Both the position numbers and the translations under genes were made by a program. Below the pieces are notes generated by a model. It had not been told where the DNA came from. It did not search any database and saw only the letters and a list, made by a program, of their open reading frames with translations. Positions 1-8,158 of a stretch of DNA of 32,000 nucleotides are shown here, piece after piece; position 1 is the first letter of the stretch; each line of letters opens with the position of its first letter. The DNA is taken from NCBI GenBank assembly GCA_963718915.1, contig CAVRAI010000006.1:154827-186826 (forward strand). Direction: 5' to 3'. This stretch comes from an uncultured Chloroflexia bacterium (GTDB lineage: Bacteria; Chloroflexota; Ktedonobacteria; Ktedonobacterales; JADMIN01).

Positions 1-741
1 GAACTGCGCGCCCGCCTGCTTCATCTTGGTGACCTGCGCAGTATACGTCGTATCCGTCAGCTCATAGGTCGCCTGCGCGACATTGTTCAGGGACGTATAG
101 CAGCCAAGCGCCTCGTTGTAGCCAGTAACACCATCCTGACCGTAGGCGTCATCCTGGGAGATGATGCCCACCTTGGGATTCGTGACGCCCAGCTGCGTGG
201 CCACTTTGGTCGCGTACTCGAGGCCGTTTTCGACTTGCAGCCGATACGGCGTCCCAATCAGAATCATATATTGCTGGCGTGCCAGGATTGAGTCCAGCGA
301 GGCGGCGGAGACCAGCATCTTATCGCGCTCAGACAGGCTCACGATGGCCTGTGTGGTCGGGGAGCCAAGACTCTCGGCCAGCATCAACACCTGATTGTGA
401 ATCTGGTTATACATCTGAACCTGGGTCTGTGGGTCGTATTTCGAGTCCTTCTCGATCAGGTTGATCTTGTAGCCGTCGATGCCGCCGCTGGCGTTGACAG
501 CATCGAAATAGGTCTCGATGCCTTTGGTCAGCGGAATGCCGATAGGCGCCGCCACCGGCCCGGAAAGCGGTGTGAGAACACCGAGATCGATCGTCTTCTT
601 GGCCGTGTCAACGCCGGGTCCAGCTTTGATCCCGCCGCCACCAGAGGTACTGCAAGCCGAGAGAAATGTGCCAAGAACGACGAGGACGGTCAACACGCCC
701 AGCAGATGGCCACGCGCGCGCCGCGACAGATGAATCGCCAT
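1..741 (-). CDS. ABC transporter substrate-binding lipoprotein, branched-chain-amino-acid (LivK / type I periplasmic binding protein) type; C-terminus lies beyond the window start
   Basis: Absent from the ORF track because it runs off the edge. My minus-strand translation from ATG (complement of 739-741) stays open to base 1: MAIHLSRRARGHLLGVLTVLVVLGTFLSACSTSGGGGIKAGPGVDTAKKTIDLGVLTPLSGPVAAPIGIPLTKGIETYFDAVNASGGIDGYKINLIEKDSKYDPQ... This gives a signal peptide, a lipobox (LSAC) and a LivK-like core. A purine-rich SD (GAGAGGGGG) lies just upstream. It is the last gene of the liv-type operon. Confidence 0.85.
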   Translation of the reverse strand, partial: MAIHLSRRARGHLLGVLTVLVVLGTFLSACSTSGGGGIKAGPGVDTAKKTIDLGVLTPLSGPVAAPIGIPLTKGIETYFDAVNASGGIDGYKINLIEKDSKYDPQTQVQMYNQIHNQVLMLAESLGSPTTQAIVSLSERDKMLVSAASLDSILARQQYMILIGTPYRLQVENGLEYATKVATQLGVTNPKVGIISQDDAYGQDGVTGYNEALGCYTSLNNVAQATYELTDTTYTAQVTKMKQAGAQF

Positions 742-820
742 GAGTTCCCCCTCTCGAAGACAGATGAACGGTGACGGATGCTCGGTGGGTCGAACACCGT
801 CCGCTCGCGAGCAACGCGCA

Positions 821-2047
821 TTAGACGGGCGGTTGAGGCGCGTCTGTGCGTTGCGCAAGATCCACGCGCTCGACGTCGAGCTGGAATGCATGCTCCGATG
901 AGGCCGTCGTGGCCAGCTCACCTCCTTTGCGTCGCGCTTCAAAGCGCTGGATTGCCGCACGGAACCGACGGATAAGGCCAATGAAGCCCGCCGGCTCGTA
1001 CAACAGGAAGACAATAATCAACAGGCCGTAGAGTACCGCGCTCAGGTTGCCGGGTGAGAGCAGCGTCGAACTGGTATTTTGTGGCAGGATCGAGAAGGTG
1101 TTGAGCGCGGTCGGCACGGCGAAGACGAAGGCCGCCCCCAGGATGGATCCCCAGACGCTGGCGACCCCGCCAATCAGGATGGCGGCGATGAACCCAATAG
1201 AGAAGACCAGGCTCCATGTTCCCGGCGTGGCGATGCCCACAAACGAGCTATAGAGCGCGCCCGCGATACCTGCCAGAAATGATGAAAGGATAAAGGCGCC
1301 CATCTTCGCCTGGAGCAGATTGACGCCCATGATCGAGGCCGCGACCTCGTTATCCCGCACCGCCTGCCAGGCCCGGCCAATCCGCGTGCGCGCCACATTG
1401 CCCACGAAGACCGCCGCGACTCCCAGCAGCAGCAGCAGGAGCAGGAAAAACCACTGGTTCGTCGTCAGATCCAGTCCTAATACCGTCGTGGGACTAGCGA
1501 ATGAGAAGTCGCCGAAGCTGGGGGTCGGGAAATCGAGGCGTCCCTGCGTGCCGCCAGTGATGGATTTCAGGTTGATGAACAGGTATTGTCCGATGAAGAT
1601 CAGCGCCAATGTGACGATGCCAAGGTAGAAGCCTTTGAGGCGCAGCGCCGTCGGGCCGATCAGCGCGCCGATCAGCGCCGGAACGATACCAGCGGCGGGC
1701 AGCCAGATCAGGAACGAGAGACCCAGGCCAGTCGGGTCGCCGGGGAAAATTGGTGGGCCTCCGCCCAGCCAGCCAGCCGTGTAGGCGCCGACACCCATAA
1801 AGAAGGCAATGCCGAGCGAGACCTGCCCCGCGTAGCCCGAAAGCACATTCAGGCCGAGCGCGGCAATGGCGGTGACCATCGTGTAGTCGAGGACCGAGAC
1901 CCAGCCATCACCGCCAAAGAGGAATATCAGCGCCAGAAGAATAATGCCGAAAAGCAGCAGCGCGCGATTCCGCGAGGAGCGCAGCAGCCCACGGCGCGCG
2001 ACAACTGGCGTCGCCGGAGGAGTGGTGGCAGGCGTGGAGGCGCTCAT
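821..2047 (-). CDS. livM: Branched-chain amino acid-type ABC transporter permease (LivM family)
   Basis: 408-aa multi-span membrane ORF with LivM-like motifs (LGLNVLSGYAGQVSLGIAFFMGVGAYT). Its ATG (2047-2045) overlaps the upstream livH stop as ATGA. Confidence 0.9.
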   Translation of the reverse strand: MSASTPATTPPATPVVARRGLLRSSRNRALLLFGIILLALIFLFGGDGWVSVLDYTMVTAIAALGLNVLSGYAGQVSLGIAFFMGVGAYTAGWLGGGPPIFPGDPTGLGLSFLIWLPAAGIVPALIGALIGPTALRLKGFYLGIVTLALIFIGQYLFINLKSITGGTQGRLDFPTPSFGDFSFASPTTVLGLDLTTNQWFFLLLLLLLGVAAVFVGNVARTRIGRAWQAVRDNEVAASIMGVNLLQAKMGAFILSSFLAGIAGALYSSFVGIATPGTWSLVFSIGFIAAILIGGVASVWGSILGAAFVFAVPTALNTFSILPQNTSSTLLSPGNLSAVLYGLLIIVFLLYEPAGFIGLIRRFRAAIQRFEARRKGGELATTASSEHAFQLDVERVDLAQRTDAPQPPV

Positions 2048-2943
2048 ATCCGCTCCACCTTTCGGGTGCCGAAAAGCCCATATGGGCGGATCAGCAGGAC
2101 GAGGATCATGACCAGATACGGCGCAATGAGGTGAAAATTCGTGCCGAGGAAGCCGCTTGTCTCGTAACCCTGCGTCAGGACATAGACCAGCCCGATGATG
2201 ATGCCGCCAACCACCGCGCCGGGGATCGAGTCCAGCCCGCCGAGGATGATCGCCGGGAAGGCGACCAGCGCGGCTTGCCCCAGACCCACGTCGAAGGCGG
2301 GATTGCCCGCGCCCGCCGAGAGAAAGACGCCGCCGATGGTGGCGATAGCTCCCGAGATGCCCCAGGCCAGCGCGTAGACCGTCGAGATTCTGATGCCCAT
2401 CGCCCGCGCCGCCTCCTGATCGATGGCGGTGGCGCGCATCGCCAGCCCGTAGCGGGTGTAGCGCAGGAAGGCGAAGAGCGCCGCACAGATCAACGCGGTG
2501 ACGACAATGCTTGCGATGGCGTTGGCGCCGAATTTGACGCTGCCAATGGTGATGGCGCTCAGGATGTCGAACGGTGCGGGCGAGGCCGGATTATTTCCAC
2601 CTACCAGTATCTCGACCGCCGTCAAGAGCAGGACATCGAGGCCGATGGTGACCATGATGATGGTGAAGGGTGGCCGCCCGATCATGCGCCGTAAGACGAC
2701 CCGCTCGAAGATCACGCCGATCAGCGCGGTGACGAGCATGCCGATCAGCAGCGCCGGGATGAAGCCGAGCTTCCACGAGAACATCGCCACCGAGACGACG
2801 AAGGTTCCCACCAGCAGAAACTCGCCCTGCGCGAAGTTGATGACCTCGCTGGCTTTGAAGATAATCGTGAAGCCCAGCGCGATCAGGGCGTAGTCACATC
2901 CGAGTGCGAGGCCCGAAAACACTAGCTGGATGAATGTCGTCAT
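2044..2943 (-). CDS. livH: Branched-chain amino acid-type ABC transporter permease (LivH family)
   Basis: The ORF track gives 2044-2985. I prefer the internal ATG at 2943 (MTTFIQLVFSGLALGCDYALIALGFTIIFKAS...), which is preceded by AGGAG with 5-nt spacing. This is a typical LivH N-terminus. Confidence 0.88.
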   Translation of the reverse strand: MTTFIQLVFSGLALGCDYALIALGFTIIFKASEVINFAQGEFLLVGTFVVSVAMFSWKLGFIPALLIGMLVTALIGVIFERVVLRRMIGRPPFTIIMVTIGLDVLLLTAVEILVGGNNPASPAPFDILSAITIGSVKFGANAIASIVVTALICAALFAFLRYTRYGLAMRATAIDQEAARAMGIRISTVYALAWGISGAIATIGGVFLSAGAGNPAFDVGLGQAALVAFPAIILGGLDSIPGAVVGGIIIGLVYVLTQGYETSGFLGTNFHLIAPYLVMILVLLIRPYGLFGTRKVERI

Positions 2944-2987
2944 TGCCACTCCTGCTCGCCGCGTCTGGCCCGCGGCTGGCCCCACTC

Positions 2988-3013
2988 TGCCTTGCCTGCT
3001 TGCCTTGCCTGCT
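2988..3013. repeat. Exact 13-bp tandem duplication TGCCTTGCCTGCT x2, immediately 3' of the livG stop codon
   Basis: Read directly: 2988-3000 and 3001-3013 are identical. It lies in the 70-bp livG-livH spacer. Confidence 0.9.
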
Positions 3014-3750
3014 CAGCCGTCCGAGTCTGTTCTCGCCTCCCCGCCCGCGGGCGCCTTCTCCGCCAGATCCTCACCCAGATAGGCTCTGATGACCTCTGGG
3101 TTGGCCTGCACCTCCGCTGGCGCACCCCGCGCGATGACACGCCCGAAATCCAGCACCAGTATCCGGTCGGCAATGCCCATCACCATCGCCATATCATGCT
3201 CGACCAGGATTTGTGTGATGCCAAGCTGCTCCTGGATATCCAGCATCACCGCCGCCAGGTCGTGGCTCTCTTCGAGGCTCATGCCCGCCACTGGCTCATC
3301 CAGCAGCAGAAGGCGTGGCTGCGCCGCCAGCGCCCGCGCCAGGTCGGCCCGCTTCTGCAGGCCAAACGGCAGGCTGCCTAGCGGACGGTCCTGAAAACGT
3401 TCCAGTCCCAGCAGCGCGAGCAGGCGCTGGCAATACGCCCGGTTCTCGCGCTCCTCCGCCGACGCCATGCCGAAATACAGTCCGCCGCGCAAGATTCCGC
3501 TACGCATGCGACTATGCCGCCCCAGCAGCAGATAATCCATGACGGTGGTATGTGGGAATTGGCCCAGGTTCTGGAAGGTGCGCGCGATGCCCGCGCCCGC
3601 GATCTGGTCGGTGCGCAGCCGCAGGAGATTGCGCCCCTCGAAGCTCACCTCGCCAGCCACGGGACGGTAGACGCGCGAGAGCACGTTGAAGAGTGAGGTC
3701 TTGCCCGCGCCATTTGGCCCGATGATGGCAAATAGCTCGCCGGGCATCAC
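3013..3750 (-). CDS. livG: Branched-chain amino acid-type ABC transporter ATP-binding protein (LivG family); 5' end anomalous
   Basis: Walker A GPNGAGKT, signature LPFGLQKR, Walker B LLLLDEP. The first in-frame canonical start is GTG at 3750, only 10 codons before Walker A. Conserved LivG N-terminal sequence (SPILSVRDITVRFSGLTALSDVSFEV) continues upstream in the same frame with no ATG/GTG/TTG. See the finding at 3751-3862. Confidence 0.8.
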   Translation of the reverse strand: MMPGELFAIIGPNGAGKTSLFNVLSRVYRPVAGEVSFEGRNLLRLRTDQIAGAGIARTFQNLGQFPHTTVMDYLLLGRHSRMRSGILRGGLYFGMASAEERENRAYCQRLLALLGLERFQDRPLGSLPFGLQKRADLARALAAQPRLLLLDEPVAGMSLEESHDLAAVMLDIQEQLGITQILVEHDMAMVMGIADRILVLDFGRVIARGAPAEVQANPEVIRAYLGEDLAEKAPAGGEARTDSDG

Positions 3751-3858
3751 CTCGAAGCTGACGTCCGAGAGCGCCGTCAGGCCAGAGAAGCGTACCGTGA
3801 TATCGCGTACAGAGAGTATCGGCGATCTGTGTCTGAGCCGCTGCGTCTGATGGCGCGC

Positions 3859-4650
3859 TCATAGCGCCCACCTCCTCTCTGGCCGTCGTTGGCGGAGCGT
3901 GGCGAAGTCGGCGCGCCCGCCCTCCTCATGCAGTCCCAGGTAGAAGGTGCGCACGCTCTCGTCGCGCAGCAGTTCCGCCGCGCTCTGGTCGAGCACAACC
4001 TGTCCGGTCTCCAGCACGTAGCCATGGGTTGCGTGGGTCAGCGCCATCCGGGCGTTCTGCTCCACCAGCAAGACCGCGGTGCCCCCGGCGCTAATCTCGC
4101 CGATAATGGCGCCAATCTGCTGCACCATCACCGGCGCCAGCCCAAGCGATGGCTCGTCGAGCAGCAGCAGCCGGGGATTGGCCATCAGCGCGCGCCCAAT
4201 GGCGAGCATCTGCTGCTCGCCGCCAGAGAGGTAGCCCGCCGCGCTCCGGCGACGCTCGCGCAGAATCGGGAAAAGCTCCATCACGCGCTCGTAGCTCCGG
4301 CGCGTCGCGGCGGCGTCACGTGAGGCGTATGCCCCCGCGCGCAGATTTTCGTCCACCGTCAGCGAGCCGAAGAGCCGCCGACCCTCCAGCACCTGCGCGA
4401 TGCCCATACGCACGATACGTGTGGCGTCCAGCGTGGTGATCGGTTGGCCGTCGAACTCCACCGAGCCGTGGGTGATGCGTCCACCTTGGGATCGCAGCAG
4501 GCCCGAGATCGCCCGCAGGATGCTCGTCTTGCCCGCGCCATTCGCGCCCAGCAGGGCCACCACACCGCGTTCCGGCGCCTCCAGCGTCACCCCGCGCACC
4601 GCCTTGATGACGCCCTGATAGGTCACCTCAAGCTCCCGGACGACCAGCAT
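3859..4650 (-). CDS. livF: Branched-chain amino acid-type ABC transporter ATP-binding protein (LivF family)
   Basis: 263 aa, MLVVRELEVTYQGVIKAVRGVTLEAPERGVVALLGANGAGKTS..., with LSGGEQQMLAIGRAL and LLLLDEPSLGLAP. It is the first gene of the operon. Confidence 0.92.
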   Translation of the reverse strand: MLVVRELEVTYQGVIKAVRGVTLEAPERGVVALLGANGAGKTSILRAISGLLRSQGGRITHGSVEFDGQPITTLDATRIVRMGIAQVLEGRRLFGSLTVDENLRAGAYASRDAAATRRSYERVMELFPILRERRRSAAGYLSGGEQQMLAIGRALMANPRLLLLDEPSLGLAPVMVQQIGAIIGEISAGGTAVLLVEQNARMALTHATHGYVLETGQVVLDQSAAELLRDESVRTFYLGLHEEGGRADFATLRQRRPERRWAL

Positions 4651-4727
4651 CTAGGCTACCTCCCGCTGACTCCGATAGTGGCGTGTGTTTTCACAACCCG
4701 CAGCAGTATGAACGTTCACTGATTCCT

Positions 4728-4830
4728 CCGAACACCGCGCGTTGTGGCGGGCGAGGCAGACCGTAGCGTTGACGCAACGGTGAATTTCCCTCCACCCATT
4801 CGCCGTGGCCTTCAGGCTACGGCGCGCATC
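4728..4830 (-). repeat. Intergenic repeat family, copy A (reverse-complement orientation, partly degenerate)
   Basis: The forward sequence CCGAACACCGCGCGTTGTGGCGGGCGAGGCAGACCGTAGCGTTGACGCAACGGTGAATTTCCCTCCACCCATTCGCCGTGGCC... aligns along its length to the reverse complement of copy C (17533-17660). The alignment includes the hairpin at 4760-4781. Confidence 0.75.
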
Positions 4831-4861
4831 CCTCACTGCCAACGCTCCAAAGGAATCGCTA

Positions 4862-6031
4862 CTACTCGGCCCATTCGCCAACCTTCACATGCCCTTTGAA
4901 TAGATTGCGCGCGATAATGAAACGTTGAATCTCGTCGGTTCCATCGAAGATACGGAAGACGCGCATCTCGCGATACCAGCGCTCGATGGGCAGTTCGCGG
5001 GTGTAGCCCATGCCGCCGTGGATCTGAAGCATGCGGTCCACGACGCGGTTCGCCATATTCGCGCCGTAGAGTTTCGCCATCGCGGCCTGGTGGCGGTTAT
5101 CCTGACCACGGTCGGCGAGCCAGGCCGCCCGCAGCGTGATCCACTTTGTCGCCTCGATCTCCACCGCCGAGTCGGCAATCATCCACTGGATCGCCTGTCG
5201 ATCCGCCAGCGGCTGCCCGAAGGTGACGCGGTTCTTCGCGTGCTCGATGGACATCTCCATCATGCGCTCACATGCGCCTACCGCACGCGCGGGGATCGCC
5301 CAGCGCGCCGCGCCAATCCATTGCATCGCCGTATCGAACCCGTGCCCGACCTCGCCGAGCACGTTTTCTTCGGGCACGCGCACATCCTCAAAGATCAGCG
5401 CCGCTGGATCCCATGCCCCCATGGTAGCAATACGTTCGGAACGCCATCCCATCTCACGATCTACCAGGAAACACGTAATGCCGCCGTGTGGCCCCGCCTC
5501 CTTATCGTTGACGGCGAAGACCATCGTGAAGTCGGCCTCGTTGCCGTTGGTGATGAAGATCTTCTCGCCATTCAGCACCCACTCGTGGCCGTCTTTCACC
5601 GCCGACATACGGATGTTGCCCGCGTCCGATCCGGCTCCCGGCTCGGTGAGCGCGAAGCACGACCGGAGCGTGCCCTCGATGGTCGGTAGCAGGTAGCGAT
5701 GTTTCTGCTCTTCATTGCAGGCGTAGAGGATGTTATCGGCGGCGCCGCCGAAGCTGAATGGCACGAACGTCCGCCCCAGCTCGATCAGGGTCAGGCAGGT
5801 GGCGACTGAGCCGAGATTCGCTCCGCCATACTCCTCCGGCGTGTTGATGCCCCAGAAGCCCAGGTCGCGCGCCTTTGTCTGTAACGCGCGTAGTTGCCCC
5901 GGCTCTAATCCAGGGCGCCCCTCGCGCTCGTTGCGCAGGACATCGCCTTCCAGCGGCATCAATTCGCGCCGCACGAAGTCTCGCACCGTCTGCTGGATAA
6001 GCTTCTCTTCGGGAGCCAGCGTGAAGTCCAT
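4862..6031 (-). CDS. Acyl-CoA dehydrogenase
   Basis: The ORF track gives 4862-6097. I prefer ATG 6031 (MDFTLAPEEKLIQQTVRDFV...), preceded by GGAGGGTGATA. ACAD motifs are present: CFALTEPGAGSDAG, IFITNG, QIHGGMGYTRELPIERWYRE. Confidence 0.9.
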   Translation of the reverse strand: MDFTLAPEEKLIQQTVRDFVRRELMPLEGDVLRNEREGRPGLEPGQLRALQTKARDLGFWGINTPEEYGGANLGSVATCLTLIELGRTFVPFSFGGAADNILYACNEEQKHRYLLPTIEGTLRSCFALTEPGAGSDAGNIRMSAVKDGHEWVLNGEKIFITNGNEADFTMVFAVNDKEAGPHGGITCFLVDREMGWRSERIATMGAWDPAALIFEDVRVPEENVLGEVGHGFDTAMQWIGAARWAIPARAVGACERMMEMSIEHAKNRVTFGQPLADRQAIQWMIADSAVEIEATKWITLRAAWLADRGQDNRHQAAMAKLYGANMANRVVDRMLQIHGGMGYTRELPIERWYREMRVFRIFDGTDEIQRFIIARNLFKGHVKVGEWAE

Positions 6032-6152
6032 TATCACCCTCCACGAATAACGACAGGTTGTCTCGCCATTCTCGATTCTGGCGCCCTGCCCGGCCATTGC
6101 TCTGACTACGCTCTGAACTTGCGATGACTTTTATGAGTGCTACGCCACCGGT

Positions 6153-6965
6153 TTACACCAGCGCCGCTTCGGTTGCCGCCTCGTCCCCTGAGTGGGGCGT
6201 GTAGCCGTTCCATTCCGAGAGTCTGCGCGCGGCGGCGCGGACAGTATTGACGACGTTGGCCAGATGCCGCTCATCGAGCTGCGACGTGATGCACACACAT
6301 GAGATAACCAACTCGACCTGCCCGGTCTTCCCGAAGATGGGAGCATCCACGGCGGTCGCGCCCCGGTGAAATTCGCCATCGGAGACGGCGTATCCCTGGC
6401 GTCGCACACGGCGCAGCGCCTCGATGAACTGAGCGGAATCGGTGATGGTAGTTGGCGTGATGTGACGCAGCCCGGCCGCGATATGGCGCTGCCACTCCGC
6501 CTCGTCATCGAATGCCAGGAAACAGCGTCCGTGTGCGCCCGCCGTCAGCGGGATCGCCTCGCCGATGGAGATGCTCAGGCGCGTGAACCGATTATCGTCG
6601 ACTGGTGGCTCAGCCGAGGCGATAAAGACGGGAAGGTCGTCCCAGCGCTGAACCAGCGCGGTAATCAGGCCGGTCTGCGCCGCGACGCGCTTGATCTCCG
6701 CCGCCGCTCGCGCGAAGGCGTCATTCAGCTCAGCGGCGCGGTTGCCGAGCGGGATGAGATACGGGCCGAGGCTGTACTTGCGCGTCTCTCGGTCGTAGCG
6801 GACGAAATCTTCGCGTTCGAGCGAGCGGAGGATACGCAGACAGGTCGTCGGGCTGGCGTCGAGCCGGGTCGCGATGACTTTCAAGGACGAGGACCGGTAC
6901 TTGTGGCGGCTGAGCAGCTTTAGCGCCTGCGCTGCCAGCGCAACGGACGGAACGCCGTACTCCAT
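6153..6965 (-). CDS. IclR-family transcriptional regulator
   Basis: 270 aa with an N-terminal wHTH (ALKLLSRHKYRSSSLKVIATRLDASPTTCLRILRSLEREDFVRYD) and a C-terminal IclR effector domain. Confidence 0.88.
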   Translation of the reverse strand: MEYGVPSVALAAQALKLLSRHKYRSSSLKVIATRLDASPTTCLRILRSLEREDFVRYDRETRKYSLGPYLIPLGNRAAELNDAFARAAAEIKRVAAQTGLITALVQRWDDLPVFIASAEPPVDDNRFTRLSISIGEAIPLTAGAHGRCFLAFDDEAEWQRHIAAGLRHITPTTITDSAQFIEALRRVRRQGYAVSDGEFHRGATAVDAPIFGKTGQVELVISCVCITSQLDERHLANVVNTVRAAARRLSEWNGYTPHSGDEAATEAALV

Positions 6966-6991
6966 CGCCCCCTCCCGGACATCATCGTCCG

Positions 6992-7013
6992 TGATTTCAT
7001 ATATGAAATCACA
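6992..7013. promoter_or_regulatory. Perfect 22-bp palindrome GTGATTTCATAT/ATGAAATCAC, candidate IclR-type operator
   Basis: The sequence equals its own reverse complement. It lies 27-48 bp upstream of the iclR-family start codon (6965). Its TTTCA..TGAAA half-sites resemble known IclR/KdgR-family operators. Confidence 0.5.
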
Positions 7014-7170
7014 TTTCGTCGCTGCGGGATGTCAGCAGTATACACAGTTGAGTTCTGCCCGTCAACACACAAGATTGCGGTTGTTTCTTAGCAAATTTTG
7101 CGGACAGCCCAGCCGCGTGAGGTGGTTTTAGAATTTATGGGGGGACACGCGGCTGGCGGTTCATGTGGTT

Positions 7171-7265
7171 TTAGGTTCTGTTGACATTTATGCGGGACCA
7201 TTCAGCGTAATCAAACGAGCGCACACGCGAACACGAACGTTTCGCGGTCGAGATAGCCATGCTCT
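7171..7265 (-). mobile_element. Terminal fragment of a second, diverged IS5-family copy (terminal inverted repeat plus the last ~20 codons of the transposase)
   Basis: TTAGGTTCTGTTGACATTTATGCGGGACC (7171-7199) matches the complement of the right terminal inverted repeat of the 8660-9479 IS at 26/29. A 14-nt identical block CAAACGAGCGCACA occurs at 7212-7225 and at 8696-8709. The minus-strand translation ..LDRETFVFACALV* parallels ..LDRSFLGFVHFVCALVWLR*. The right boundary is approximate. Confidence 0.65.
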
Positions 7266-7308
7266 TTCGCTTTTCAAAGGAGTATGGGACACACTGGTAA
7301 ATTCTCCT

Positions 7309-7950
7309 TCAGGGTACATTAAGGATGATATCCTTCAATTCAATTAGAGTTTCGATTCGATAGCGAGCTGGTGAAAAATCCTGTCCTTTTGTAAAGTCGT
7401 TATAGACAATGACACAGTCAATACCGGCCGCCACGGCCGAGTTCAGCCCTCTGGATGAATCCTCTACAACCAGTGTCTCTTCTTTGGTGGCTCCGAAGCG
7501 TTGTAAGCCGGTCAGGTACGGTTCCGGGTGCGGCTTGGCGAACTTGTAGTCTTCGCGAACAAGGACGAAATCCATGAATTGTCTAATTTGGCGCTTTTCA
7601 TGGATAATTTCAAAATCCACACGTTTTGCGGTCGTCACGATGGCCATGCGGACATATTTCGACAGTTCAGCAAGAGTTTCAACGACGCCTTCAATCTCAA
7701 TGGGTTCTGTTCTAAGATATTCCTGGTAGTAATCATTACGAACCTCACGCAGCCTGCTAATGGTCTGTTCATCAATACCTGCCGCCGTGGCTTGCGCCCA
7801 AGTGCCCAATCCCTGGTTCATGTCCCGGAGGTATTGATCCTTGTCCAAAGGCAAACCAATGTCCGCCAGGGCGCGTTCTCCAGCTTTGTAATACCAGAAT
7901 TCGGTATCCACCAGGACACCATCATGATCGAAGAGTATGTACTTTTTCAC
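7309..7950 (-). CDS. HAD-superfamily hydrolase, subfamily IA (phosphatase / beta-phosphoglucomutase-like)
   Basis: All four HAD motifs are present: FDHDGVLVDT, VTTAK, KP, and EDSSRGLNSAVAAG. The ORF track start is TTG 7980. I prefer GTG 7950 (VKKYILFDHDG), preceded by GGAAAGGAAC. The gene is visibly AT-richer than its surroundings. Confidence 0.85.
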   Translation of the reverse strand: MKKYILFDHDGVLVDTEFWYYKAGERALADIGLPLDKDQYLRDMNQGLGTWAQATAAGIDEQTISRLREVRNDYYQEYLRTEPIEIEGVVETLAELSKYVRMAIVTTAKRVDFEIIHEKRQIRQFMDFVLVREDYKFAKPHPEPYLTGLQRFGATKEETLVVEDSSRGLNSAVAAGIDCVIVYNDFTKGQDFSPARYRIETLIELKDIILNVP

Positions 7951-8158
7951 TCTCTTGTTCCTTTCCGGTAGCCGCAGCAACCATGTGCGCCATCACGAAT
8001 CGCACCGTGATCACCGATAATAGTCAACACGATCGCACCTGATGTCTTCAGGCCTTCTAGTACTCAGTCCAGTTGGGTTATGACAGTCGAGGCAGATTGC
8101 TGGGGTCTGCTGGTGGCTGCGGCTCTGAGCGCCGGTCTGCCGCCGGTTCCCGGTAGGA

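Noticed and set aside
3512-3871. 119-aa ORF in an alternative frame of livG
   Set aside because: Beyond its first ~17 codons it overlaps the motif-bearing LivG frame and has no ABC motifs. Only its ATG at 3862 is relevant; see the livG finding.
4925-5689. 254-aa and 186-aa plus-strand ORFs (4925-5689 and 5136-5696)
   Set aside because: They are antisense to the acyl-CoA dehydrogenase, which carries clear family motifs. They are GC-driven open frames.
7165-7347. 60-aa plus-strand ORF
   Set aside because: It runs through the IS terminal inverted repeat and transposase-fragment remnant and into the end of the HAD gene on the opposite strand.
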